Source of the DNA: Octopus sinensis
Taxonomy: Eukaryota
Assembly: GCF_006345805.1 (NCBI RefSeq)
Contig: NC_043000.1
Location: forward strand, 130,200,001-130,264,000
Length of the DNA stretch: 64,000 bases
Reading direction: 5' to 3'
Shown: piece after piece, positions 11,935-24,452 of the stretch
Numbering within the stretch: position 1 is the stretch's first letter
Layout of the letters: each line of letters begins with the position of its first letter
Made by a program: the position numbers and the translations under genes
The notes under the pieces: model-generated
The model's database searches: none
Told to the model about the DNA's origin: nothing
Seen by the model: the letters and a program-made list of their open reading frames with translations, nothing else

Positions 11935-13265
11935 CAACCTCTGTATGGCCAATCAACCTGCTAGAAATAGTAGCCAGAGCTACAGCAACGCAGCAAATTA
12001 CTCCATGCCGTCTTCAAAATGAAGAACACATTTGGTAGTGTTGTAAGTACAAAAAATACGGGATGGTCACAGCTGGATCTCTCTTACCATAAGTCTGTTC
12101 GATCGGAAATAAAGCGGGGCTAAAGAATAATAATAATAATTGCAACTAGTATCTGTGTAGCTGTAAAACTCCGACGACCACTGCCGTAACTTCACCCCCA
12201 CTAGGAGCGAAATGAAAGAAAAAATATATAGCAAAATCGCCGGCAAGATTTGAACTCGGAACATACAGAGATATTAGCGAAGTACATAATATACACTTCG
12301 CTAATTTCAAGTTCAAATATACACGATTTGAACTTGGAATATATACGAAATACAGAGATATCAGCGAAGTACATAATACACACGTTTAAAGTGCCGAGGT
12401 TTTGCTGTTTTAGTTTAACTGTTTATTATTTCCCTTCCTACCGCTGCACTAACAATTAAAAGGACTAAATAAAAATAAAAAACAACAATATTGATTTCTA
12501 ACATGCGCACAGCACCATAAATTTTAGTGACTGTGATGTAGTTAATTCAATTAACCTCAGGATGCGATTGGTATTCATTTTAGCAACCTCGAAAAGCGGG
12601 CGGTGAGGGTGACGAAATTTAGTCCTATTTGGTGGGATTTTATTAAGAACATAAAAATGCGACATCTCCAGCATGGTCACAGCCGAAGGGTGGGTCAGGT
12701 AAGAGAGTAAATTAAATATTGCTAGGGCATTGTGTCTTTCCTTTCCTTCGTGTCTGTCATTTCTTTCTTTAAGATGTAATAATAACAACAGCAACGACAA
12801 AGTTTAACGTTAACTTAAACACAAACCAATAAGGGAGCTTCTACACGATCAATCGGCATGCTACAAACAGCAGCCAAATTCCCCTCAAATCACGCACTAA
12901 CATCCCTAAGAAAAGTCACGGTGGATAGCGTAGTCAGGGTTACCGAACAAATAAGGGGTGGGGGAATACGGCATTTTTGCAGCTGGAATGCCTTTGATCT
13001 CAAATCTGTTCACTCGAAGTCTTGGGCAAAAATACAACATGGTACTCCAGCCTGCTAGAAACAGAAGCCAAATCTCACTTATATCATGCATTAGTGTTGT
13101 TTTCGTTTTCTGTCTTTTTTTTTTCTTTAAAAAAACAAAAAGCATGTTGGATAAGGTGATTGTTGATTTCAAGCTGTGACGGGATCACCACAAGTGGAAT
13201 CTGTTTGATCATAAATGTGTTCATTCGATGCTAACCTAGGGCTAAGCGGCGACAACACCAACAGC
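11935..13265 (+). repeat. Cluster of an old ~200-bp interspersed repeat (three copies: ~11940-12130, ~12840-13035, ~13040-13260)
   Basis: Shared consensus cctgctagaaatagcagccaaat...ggatggtcac(a/g)gctggaatgcctttgatc...gggctaaacaacaac. Further copies at ~32170, ~33920-34780, ~39060-39390 and ~50740, with reversed copies at ~31740, ~45190 and ~61980. Confidence 0.7.
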
Positions 13266-13572
13266 CTTAATTAACGCAAAATCAGCAACATAAACAAGAA
13301 GAAGTGCAGCATATGCAGCAGTTACTAGCAACAGAAGTAGTTGCAGCAGCAGCAGTAAAAACTGATAACACGAAATTATAACATTAGTTGGCAGTGACAA
13401 CAACAACAACACTGACTAAAACGACAGCTGCAACAACAACACTATCAATAGCAGGTATAATAATAATAGTAGAAAGCGACATCGCTGTACTCTTTCTCCT
13501 ACTGCTACTACAGGTAGAAGTAGTAGTAGAAGTGACAGCAGCAATAATTACCTAAGACTGGTAAGGGTCTTT

Positions 13573-13628
<56 letters not shown>

Positions 13629-13630
13629 TA

Positions 13631-14010
13631 GGCGTAGAAGTGGCTGTGTGGTAAGTAGCTTGATTACAAACCACATGGTTCCGGGTTCAGTCCCACTGTG
13701 TGGCACCTTGGGCAAGTGTCTTCTAATATAGCCTCAAGGCCTTGTGAGTGGATTTGGTAGACGGAAACTGAAAGAAGCTCGCCGTGTATATATATAAATA
13801 TATATATATTTATATATATATATATATGTATGTATGTACGTGTATATGTTTGTGTCTGTCCCCGTAATTTAACGGTTCGGCATAAGAGACCGATAGAATA
13901 AGTTCTAGGCTTACAAAGAATAAGTCCTGGGGTCGATTTGCTCGACTATGGATGGTGCTCCAGCATGGCCACAGTCAAAATGGCTGAAACAAATAAAAGA
14001 GTAAAGAGAG
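13631..14010 (+). mobile_element. OK-like tRNA-derived SINE
   Basis: ggcgtagaagtggctgtgtggtaag...ggttccgggttcagtccc (A/B boxes), caccttgggcaagtgtcttc core, internal (TA)n, and tail ggtgctccagcatggccacagtc...aaaagagtaa. Confidence 0.9.
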
Positions 14011-14040
14011 TATATATATATATATATATATACATACACA

Positions 14041-14410
14041 CGCGGCTGTGAGAGGTTTGCTTCCTAATCACATGGTTCCGGTTCAGTCCTACGGCGTGGC
14101 ACCTTGGGTAAGGCTCTTCTACTGTGGCTTCGGACCGACCAAAGACTTGTGATAGATGGAAACTGAAAGAAACTAGTCGCGTATTTTTATATGTATGTGT
14201 GCGTATCTGCATATGTCCCCCACCACCGCTTTACAACTAGTGTTGGTGCGTTTACGTCCCCGTGCACCAGCGGTTCGGTATAAGGGACCGATCCAATAAC
14301 TACAAGGCTTAAAAGAAAAGTACTATTGTCGATTCGTTCGCCTAAAATTCTTCGAAACGATCCCCCAACATGGCCGCAGTCTAATGGCTGAAACAAGGAA
14401 AAGGATAAAA
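14041..14410 (+). mobile_element. OK-like SINE, older copy directly tandem to the previous one
   Basis: Same head, core and tail order, more diverged. Confidence 0.8.
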
Positions 14411-14898
14411 CTAATATATGAAAGCGAAGTAAAAACATGGTGGATAAAATAATATAAGTATCCACAATATTTTTTCTCTGTTTTGTTATATTAATAAACG
14501 TAAATTAGACTGCTTATCCCTATATAGTGAGAGAATTTTCCCAATATATCATTATCATTGATAACACCGGCTGATCTCTGGATGTCATAATCTCTAAAGG
14601 AGGAGATTACGTCCTCAAATTGACTGAATATACATACATACATGTATATGTGTGTGTGTGTGTGTTTATTTTTTCAATGTCTGCAAATAACAAGGAATAA
14701 TTTGTTACCAGGGTAACAAAAATTCACATAAGCGCCAACGATATTACAACCTACTTTTAAAGGTAGAAATTCCAGGGTCAAGTGAAATGTTTTTGTATAA
14801 CATGGATAAAATGGATAAACTAAGAAAAAGAATAACACCTGCGCTTCACGACTCCGTTTCTCAATTTATCCATATAAATATATATATCTATATATATA

Positions 14899-14932
<34 letters not shown>

Positions 14933-15324
14933 ATGTTAAGGAACTGTTGATCTGACTACAGTACACAGCTGGTGTGTGCATGTGTGCGTGCGTATGTGTG
15001 TGCGCACGCGTACTTCCACAAGAGAAACAAAGACAGCAAAGTCAATCTTTTGAACTCTATGAAGTGAAAATATATTTTAGTCGACCGCTCTACCGTTTGT
15101 CTACCACTACGACTGCAATAGTAATAATTTCTAGTATTATACATTTCACAAAAATGGTAAATTTCTTTGAACTTGTTAACATGGTCCCCTACCTTAGGTA
15201 TTTGAAACTTGAATATGATAATTATTTGACTCAAGCTCAAGGCCTCAAGTTTAGTGGAATTATATTCACTTCCGTACTGAGCTGGTACATTATTTTATCG
15301 TTCCCGTCCACCAACACGGGATTT

Positions 15325-15830
15325 GACTGCTATCTGATCTAATTTGATCAATCAAAAGCTTGGTGACGCTCAGTACCTTGACCTGTCCTCAGCCGGTTTC
15401 AGCACAGTTTTCAATGGCCGGATTAATTAAATTTCCACTTAACACTATTTAAAATCATTCAGTCTGTCAATGGTGCCTTTTCAGTCTGTCAATATTCAGT
15501 CTGTCAATGGTGCCTTTTCTTATCGATCACCATCTTGTATTGATCCAAAAAACGCAGAATATAGTATTGGTAGATCGCTTGAACTAGGATGCGGAAGTCT
15601 CGCTTCTGCGTACGCAGGTGACGTCCCCATTAAAATATACCACTGGAATCGAGAAGGACGTCAATATACTAAAGGAATACGAGGGGGCAATATGAGCATT
15701 AAACCAAACCAGTCAGTGGGTTTGCACTTCATTACTAGGAAGAGCAAAAGTTTTGTTAATATACTTGCAGCCACGATCGGGCCTGACATGCAGATCCACA
15801 GAAACGGGGACAAGCGAAAGAAATATAGTT
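15325..15830 (+). mobile_element. Highly degenerate L1/Tx1-clade LINE reverse-transcriptase fragment
   Basis: LI*FDQSKA (cf. LINLDQSKAFD), SVNGAFS, SAYAGDV (YADDV), KPNQSVGL (cf. INREKSVGL) and IGPDMQIHRN (cf. FGPDLQMEKNW). Confidence 0.7.
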
Positions 15831-15929
15831 GGAGTATTTGTCCCCAAATCTTAACTTCTGTGTTCCAATTCCGCTACTGTTAAGTTTGTCTTTAGTCTTC
15901 AAGGGGTCGATTAAGTACCGGTCTAGTAT

Positions 15930-16360
15930 TATTTTCTACTCTAGGCACAAGGCCCGAAATTTGGGGGTAGAGAGACAGTCGATTATATCGACCCAGTACG
16001 CAACTGATACTCAATTTATCGACCCCCAAAAGAATGAAAGGCAAAGTCGACCTCGGCGGAATTTGAGCTCAGAAAGTAACAGCAGACGAAATACTGCTAA
16101 GCATTTCGGTTGGCGTGCTAGCGTTTTTTATTTCTTTATTGCCCACAAGGGGCTAAACATAGAGGGGACAAACAAGGACAGACAAAGGGATTAAGTCGAT
16201 TATATCGATCTCTATGCGTAACGGGTACTTAATTTATCGACCCCGAAAGGATGAAAAGCAAAGTTGAATTCGGCGGAATTTGAACTCAGAACGTAACAGC
16301 AGACAAAATACTGCTAAGCATTTCGGCTGGCGTGCTAACGTTTCTACCAGTTCGCGCCAT
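15930..16360 (-). mobile_element. Two adjacent Nin-domain SINEs with different tails
   Basis: Two copies of tttatcgaccccgaaaggatgaaaggcaaagtcgacctcggcggaatttgaactcagaac, at ~15930-16125 and ~16130-16360. Confidence 0.85.
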
Positions 16361-17196
16361 GCACCAGTCTAGTATTGGAGGCAATGATATCGACTAAGTC
16401 CCTCCATCCAAAACGTATTGCCATGTGCCATTACAGAAGGCCGGTGAGCTAGAAGAATTGTTATAGAGCGTCATAGAAACGCTTTGCAATATTTAGTTTA
16501 ACTCTTTACCTCCTGAGTTCAAACCCTACTGAGGTCTATTTTGCTTTCATCTTTTGTTTTAGAAGCTATAACAGCAATAGATGCAAAGACAACAAAAACA
16601 AGCGCAACAACAGAAACCACACAAGCACTACTCAAATCGCTATGATACTACTAATACTACACAGTAGAACTAGCATAATGGAAAACAATAGTAGCGTCAT
16701 TATTATTGTTATCACCATCACGATCATCGTCGTCATTATGTTGTTGCTGCTGCTTATGACGACGGCGACGCCGGCAATGATGATCATCAAAGTGGAAATC
16801 AACAACAACAACAAAAGAAGCAATGACGCCACTTATATCACAACAACAAGAGCATCAGCAATGAAGCTGTAACAGCAGTTTTGTTGATAAACATACGTAT
16901 ACTGAAGTTCATGAATTGCAAAACAGTAGCGCCACCACCGTCACTACGGCCTCACTACGGCAACAGCAGCAACAGCCGTTCAAGAATTTGGACCTGGAGA
17001 TCTCCATTCCCAGCGACTTCGAAGGCCACCTCCCAGTGGTGTCGGGCGTCAACGAAGAGCCCTCGACTACAAGACGACCAAAGTTATTTTTCTCCCAAGG
17101 TCTGGGGTCTTCCGCCCCTAAGCCCTAGACCATCACCTAATCACCCCTTACCCGTCTTGTTGCTTAACAACAACAACAACAAAAACAGCAACAGTG

Positions 17197-17385
17197 GAGG
17201 CGCAATGGCCTAGTTGTTAGGGCAGCGGACGCGCGGTCGTAAGAACGCAGTTTCGATTCCCAGACCGGATATTGTGAGTGTTTATTGAGCAAAAACCTAA
17301 GCTCCACGAGGCTATGGCGAGGTGATGGTGAACCCCGCTGTACTCTTTCACCAAAAATTTCTCTCACTATTTCTTCCTACTTCTG
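17197..17385 (+). mobile_element. OR-like (tRNA-Arg-derived) SINE, 3'-truncated
   Basis: ggaggcgcaatggcctagttgttagggcagcggac...gtttcgattcccagaccgg, the same head as the copy at 59788. Confidence 0.85.
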
Positions 17386-18675
17386 CCATAAAGCAGAAGA
17401 ACCATGGTATAACCCACTATGGTGTGGTAAACTTTCAGACTCTAGTCTAGATTGCGAATCCACTGTACCCCCAGGATGGTTCAGCTCTACAACAGTTAAA
17501 AGCCACCGTTTCGGAATGAGGATAACAACGTAGCTTTCGCGCCCGTGCAGCCGCCAATCTATCGTGTGTGGTGGGTGGATCTTCAAGTTGCCTCACGCAA
17601 TCTTAGTAGCTTAGAGTAGGCTCGAATTAGAGATAATTCTTTGTGGCTAATGGCGTGAGTCCTGATTGGAAGAAGACGACAGCTGCAACAGCAAAAGTAG
17701 CGATCGCTCCACCAGCTTGAAAGAGCTGCCCCATTTTCCTCAAACCTAAATGATACATTGTTTAATGGAGTCCAAGTATGAAGTCTAATAGTGTTGTCTA
17801 TTTCTGTACTTGTTTTGCCACGAGGACAGCTAAATACAGGACATTTAATTACTATTTCTATTATGTTTATCCATATATAATCAGTGTGCTCAAGCAGTAA
17901 GTAGAAAACATCCAAAATAAATAGCTAACATAAAATTAGCACTACTCTTATATATATATAAACACCAAATTAATATTCATACAATCATGACAAATTTAAC
18001 TATTTTTCTATAGGCTGAACAAGTTATGTACAGCCTTAATTGATTTTCAATCCTTATTGGGGTATTAGCAGACATTGGTACATCATTTAACCAATCTCAG
18101 AGAAATAATTTGTTTATACAGCCAACAAATCAGTAGCTTCATAGAAATGGCGCTACTAATTTGCATATCATAAATGTTTAACACTTTAATATCAGCAGCC
18201 TCTTAAAGGGAATCGCAGTTCCACACAGTGTCATGATATAATAAATGTGAATCTACATAACAGACACACAAACATGGCAAATGCAACTCAACAAAACAAA
18301 AATCAACAGACGTAATCGATCTTCGACCCTTATTGGAGTTTCATAAGAGTTATCTACTTCTCTTGACAAATAAAGCACAAACACACACGCCACAGAATAC
18401 AGCATTGTAGATCGATTTCAACGAATTTTTGCAGTTAGTTTTGCACACGCAAGTTCGGGCAAAAACGCAATCTCAGCACTTGTCAGAGGGGCTGAGAGAA
18501 AGAGTATGTGCCAAGCCCTTCCTACTGACCTCCTCTGACGAGCATCAGGATTGTGTTTTGCTCAAAAACCATTCTTGTGAAAATCTAATTGGTAAAAGTA
18601 AGATTGTATTGTATAAATAATATATACACTCTGTTGACACGCGAGTTCCTGTTTCTTCTGATCAACAGATTCTTT

Positions 18676-18711
<36 letters not shown>

Positions 18712-18940
18712 GGGGCGGCATATGGCGTAGCGGTTTGGGTGTTTCTCGAGGGATCGTGGTTTCAATTGCTCCATTTCATATTGCTCTCCGATCACTTCGA
18801 CGCTTGACGTGTGGTACACTGTACACCTGTTCGGCCAACGTCGATTTGATGGAGGGAATGAGCAACTGTACTGCGCATACAGTTGATCAATATAAACAAA
18901 TATTTTGTGCAGTTCGTTCGGCAAAATTTGAACTCTAATA
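18712..18940 (+). mobile_element. Old tRNA-derived SINE
   Basis: ggcggcatatggcgtagcggtt...gatcgtggtttcaatt head followed by gatcacttcgac...ggtacactgtacacc, which is related to the reversed copy at ~21660-21830. Confidence 0.6.
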
Positions 18941-19096
18941 CGTCGTCTTCGACTAGAGAGTTCATCATATATGTCCTTGTTTTATTTCTGTCAGTCTTTT
19001 TATTATTTTTCCTGTCGTCTTCGCATCGTCTCTCTTTCCGGGTGTTTTATTATCGTCTGTTGCGTTCTTGTACCATTTTTTGGATTTATATATATA

Positions 19097-19734
19097 TTGG
19101 GTTGTCCGGAAAGTTCGTGCCGAATTTATAGAAGCTTACCTTTCTACTTACTCTCCCAGGCAGCTTAATTCTGGGAAGAGGGTATTTTCAAGTTAAAGGA
19201 AAGATGGAGACATATAGTGCAACAAAATGGTTCATATTTGGTTGATTGAAAATGTATTACTCTCTCTCTTTTACTTGTTTCAGTCATCTGACTGCGGCCA
19301 TGCTGGAGCACCGCCTTTAATCGAGCAGCTCGACCCTTGGACTTATTCTTTTGTAAGCCCAGTACTTATTCTTTCGGTCTCTTTTGCCGAACCGCTAGGT
19401 AACGGAGACACACCAGCATCGGTTGTCAAGCAATGCTAGGGGGACAAACACAGACACACAAACACACACACGCATATATAAATATATACATACATATATA
19501 CGCGACGAGCTTCTTTAAGTTTCCGTCTACCAAATCCACTCACAAGGCTTTGGTCGGCCCGAGGCTATAGCAGAAGACACTTGCCCAAGGTGCCACGCAG
19601 TGGGACTGAACCCGGGACCATGTGATTGGTAAACAAGCTACTTACCACACAGCCACTCCTGCGCCTATATTGGCAAGTATTTATTGACCTTTTCTTTCCT
19701 TCAAAACGCGGCATGAACTTCCCGGACAACCCAA
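19097..19734 (+). mobile_element. Internally deleted mariner (MITE) with intact TIRs and TA target duplication, interrupted by a SINE
   Basis: TIRs ttgggttgtccggaaagttcgtgccg / cggcatgaacttcccggacaacccaa are flanked by TA. It retains the transposase C-terminus FWEEGIFKLKERWRHIVQQNGSYLVD*. Confidence 0.9.
19258..19665 (-). mobile_element. OK-like SINE, full length, nested in the mariner MITE
   Basis: Reverse complement of the 13631/51801 family, ending cagccactcctgcgcc. Confidence 0.9.
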
Positions 19735-20483
19735 TACATATAGTGGCGTACGTACACTTTTGCTCATCTTGCAAGTATGTATCTATATTTTGTACGACTC
19801 TTTTACTCTTTCTTTTAATTCCCCTTATACTTTCTTCTTTCTTTCCTCTTTTCTTTTTCTCGTTCATTCTCTCTCACATTTCTTGACTTTCTCTTTCTTT
19901 AATTCCTAACTTCCCTCCTCGTTTGTCTCTCTTGTACCTTTCTCTATTATTTCCTCTCTTTCTTATTCCTCTCCTAATCCTTCAATCCCTCTGCCCCTAC
20001 CTCTATTTTTTCCTTCTACATGATCTGTGTTCGGTCAGGCATAATCTTGCTTTCTTGGCTTGACCGCCAGCCGCGAAGCATCTCTGATACTCCTATCTCT
20101 TGACTTTTATCTCTAATGTTCTTGCCTCAAGGCTTTCACTCTATACACGCCAGCTCAACTCGATTCGTCTTTATTAGTCGAAAGACACTTGTTATTTTCT
20201 CGTTTGTATTTGTAATTGAGTAAGATGTTCTCTGTTTTTGTCTTTGTTGTATATATTCGCTTGCTTTCTCCTAAAAAAATTTAATGCTCTTAGCTTAGAT
20301 TTTTTTGGGGCAGTCTGAAGTGTAACTTCCCGAAACTGTAAGGATAATTTGGTAACTTGACTGAAGAGAAGAGCTTGCGAATGACCAGTCCTTGCTTTCG
20401 TTCCTGTCCATCTTCGCATCATCTGTCTGTCCGGATGTTTTACTGTGTTCTGTTGTGTTTTTGCTTCATTTTTTGGATATGTA

Positions 20484-20533
<50 letters not shown>

Positions 20534-20804
20534 CTCACACGTGCGGTCGTAAACATATGCATCCTCTACACAGTAGATTCGTGTATTTATGTAAGTTTAA
20601 TAAACATTTAGATTCACATAGCAGACTTTGCGCTAAGTAACGCGATTTATTGGCAGAGAGAGAGGATAAATGTATGTATAATATTAACCATAACAATGCA
20701 ATATTTTTACTCATCGATACACATGCTATCTTGGACTTCAGTTGACACGTGTTTGTATGTGTGCATGTATGTGCACGTGAGTGTGTGTGTGCGTGTATGT
20801 GCAC

Positions 20805-20835
<31 letters not shown>

Positions 20836-22809
20836 CGTTCGTGCACGTGAATGTGTGAATGCATATACTGATCGCACTTGCCGTGCCAATTGAGTAAAAT
20901 ATGCTTCACTAAGAATCATGTCAATTGCTATCAGCAGTTTTAAAGATAAGATCAAGTCCAATCTGCTTTGTGTATATGCTCCAAAAATCTTCGACGAACT
21001 TATCTTATTGAAATTTGCTACCTTGTTTGCGGGTTTCAGATTTTAAAGGCACACAGGAGGGAGATTTTGTCTAGTAATTGTATTGGTAGTTTCAGATTAA
21101 CAAAATTCTTTCCTCTATTGAATTCTTGAGACCTTATTATATTTGTAAAACAAAAGTAGTCTATGTCACTCCTAATATTGGATAATGTAGTCTAGGGCAT
21201 ACTTTACCTAGAACTAATATGGGATAGCCATGGCTGAAAGACATTGATTTAAGTTTGTTAAAGATATTTTAGGATAAACACCTCCACCCACTACAACAAC
21301 TTACACAAGCACGAACAACAACGATCACTAACAAAGATGAAACTACCATCAAAGAAAGTAAATTAGTACGTGCGTAATCATTTATATAAATAGACATGTT
21401 GACACACATCAGCATATTCGTCGGCATAATTTAAAACACATCTTGAATGCCCCTATATAAATTTAGGACACTATCTGTGTAAGCCCACACACACACACAT
21501 ACACACACGCACGCACGCACGTACACACACGTGATGGTAGTTTGCCATTGTTCGAGAAAGACAGTTCTGTCATTAATATCGTGCTGAGCAACTTGCACAA
21601 ATGATTTGCTTATAGTGATCAAATACGTGTTTTTAATTAACCTCATTTCCTTTGTCAAATGGACTTTGCCTGGAGAGGTGCACCGTCTGTAACACGTCAG
21701 TTGTCGAAGTGATCACAGAGCAATGTTAATTATCTTGCTCAAGAACACAGAGCACAGCCCGTTCCAGGAATAGAAACAACAATCTCGCGATCTTGAGTGC
21801 AACGCTCTAACCACTAAGCCATGCGCGCGCACACACGTTTATTAAAATTTGTTTAAATGTTATTATAACAATAAGTTTACATTAAGTTGAAAGATTACTC
21901 AATACTTTTAGTATTGAGTTCGATGATGGCTTAACAAACCGAAATTCGGAGTCACTGTCAATACTAGTCTTATATATATATATATATATATTTATCTTTA
22001 TATATATAATTAATTACCGTTATATTAGAACGTATTCCTCGTCTTGCTCTAATAGTTTAAACTCCATAATAGTTTTTAGAGCAAGGCTAGAAATAGCTTC
22101 ACAAACATGCTCAGAGATTCAGAAATAGTTTCCCTCACTCCCCGCTCTTTCACACGCAGACACACATATGCGAATAAGCGAATAGTTACAAGGAATGCCT
22201 GAGAGAGTAGACGAATTATCCTTTTCCTATTTAGCAAAGAAAATTAAGAGAAAATGAGAGAGACTATCGAATTACTGATATCTTGAAAAACAAACATAAA
22301 TCACAGGTGAAACCGAGTGTTGTTGAAAAGAGTTGTAAGTTCACTGCAGAACTTGTCCACTATCTTATTAAAGCCATTTTACTTCATTTAGTTATTTAAG
22401 TATTAAATGAACGTCTCACTACTTCATTTCCTCATATATATATATGAATACGTCTAAAAGTCACATTCTTTTCGCGGGGTACCATCCTCGTCAAAGTTTC
22501 CAGATCTCGAAATATTTCCAAGGGTTTTATAGCAACACCCTGTATACTGTCAACTATACTAAACTTTCCAAGGGTAGAGGAAAATCCAATGCTTCAGGCA
22601 GATCCTGACAAGAGAGAGATTAATGGAAGACATCTAATTTAGAAAATCTGGTTGTTACTGCTGTGGTTAGGTGGAAAATCCACCCCACTTGGTTCTTTTA
22701 CGCCTAACTACGGCAGGTTCATAGTGTTTATTTTTTTTATTATTAATTTGATAAATGATACAAATCTTGCCGACGCAGGCCCACGCTAGGTTCTTTGGTA
22801 CATGTCTGA

Positions 22810-22847
<38 letters not shown>

Positions 22848-23230
22848 GTGGCACTCCGTCGGTTACGACGACGAGTGTTCCAGTTGATCCGATCAACGGA
22901 AGAGCCTGCTCGTGAAATTAACGTGCAAGTGGCTGAGCACTTCACAGACACGTGAACCCTTAACGTAGTTCTCGGGGAGATTCAGCGTGACAAGGCTGGC
23001 CCTTCGAAATACAGGTACAACAGAAACAGGAAGAAAGAATGAGGGAAAGCTGTGGTGAAAGAGTACAGCAGGGTTCACCACCACCACCCCCTGCCAGAGA
23101 CTCGTGGACCCTTTAGGTGTTTTTGCTCAAAAACAAAAAAAATAATACACAACGCCCGATCTGGGAACCGAAACTGCGACCCTCAGACTGCGAGTCCGCT
23201 GCCCCAACCACTGGGTCATTGCTCTTCCAC
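22848..23230 (-). mobile_element. OR-like SINE (tail type shared with 58619-59003)
   Basis: gcactccgtcggttacgacgacgag...gaaattaacgtgcaagtggctgag...gcgagtccgctgccccaaccactggg. Confidence 0.85.
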
Positions 23231-23274
23231 ACACACACAATATATATATATATCGGAATAGACTGTAGCAGTAA

Positions 23275-23312
<38 letters not shown>

Positions 23313-23344
23313 TAATAAAATAGAACATATGCATATATATAAAC

Positions 23345-24115
23345 ATATATGTACGTACCTACCTCTACATGTACATATACCCGCATATATGTGTACAGGA
23401 CACCAAAAAGACGTCGAACACATAGAGAGACGAAAAACATAGACACAAACCAAGGAACAAGACAAGCAAAAAAAGGAGATACAGGACAATAAGCACAACG
23501 AAAAATCCCCTTCTTCAGTCGCTAAGGTTTCATCTACTAAACGTTTCGAAGGATAAAAGCGAGACGTATACTTCGAAGAAAACTTCCTTCCCGCGAAAAG
23601 CAAATCAATTAAAATTCTGAGATCTTTTCGCAGAGGGGTAAAAAAAGCAAGACGGTAACGACAGTACAAACATGTAAACAGTAAAAATATATATATAAAC
23701 AGTGGAAAAATAATATATAACAGTGAGAGACAGGACAAGGAGAACAAGATAAGAAGGGCTGTTAACGCCAGACGAAAAAAGTATTGCAAACGCTGGATTA
23801 AAGTGGACGACGAGAGAGAAAAAATGTCGACCAGTAGCCTTAGAAGGCGGGCGAGAAAAGACAGGATAGCAGTTACGACGGAAGTATCGTCGCAGATGGA
23901 CGACGGGAATGGGGGAGGAGGAGCAAGAGGAAGAGAGAGAAGAAGGGGAATGGTGCGAGGAGACCATGAAGAATGGTGAAAGGGAGAGAGAGAATGAAGA
24001 ATGAGAGAGAGAGGAAGAGACAAGTTAAGTGAGGGAAAAAAGACGAAAAAGGGAATGGGAGAGAAAGAAGAAAGAAAGATGCAGAGTCGCGTGAGAGTTA
24101 ATATCAAGGCTAACT
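23345..24115 (-). mobile_element. Probable Penelope-like retroelement terminal remnant between (TA)n tracts
   Basis: The minus strand is pyrimidine-rich and carries cgaaacgtt...actgaagaagggg motifs typical of Penelope termini. No RT or GIY-YIG is seen, and the 346-aa ORF is low complexity. Confidence 0.4.
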
Positions 24116-24156
<41 letters not shown>

Positions 24157-24372
24157 AAACTTACCAAGAGTTCTGAGTTAAAAAGATCTGAAAAGGATTT
24201 GCCAACTTAGGAGAATGAAACAAGCAAGTTAAATCCAGATAGCTTCTACGTGTAGTCCTCCGTCGGTTAAGAGGATGAGAATTCCATTTGTTTCGTCATC
24301 TGAACCACTAGTCACTGAATGAAAGAGTGATGGAATATTACTTATATAAGCACGTATATGCTTAATGCAGAC

Positions 24373-24452
24373 CGCGCTGTGTCCACTATCTTAGTGAAGC
24401 CATTTCACTTAATGAAGTAAAATGGCTTCACTATGACAGTGCACACAGCGCG
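24373..24452. repeat. 80-nt near-perfect hairpin (mini-MITE or pre-miRNA-like)
   Basis: cgcgctgtgtccactatcttagtgaagccatttcactt-aatg-aagtaaaatggcttcactatgacagtgcacacagcgcg has 38-bp arms with about 4 mismatches. Confidence 0.85.

Noticed and set aside
23127-24167. 346-aa minus-strand ORF
   Set aside because: Low complexity; it crosses (TA)n tracts and a SINE and has no recognisable domain.
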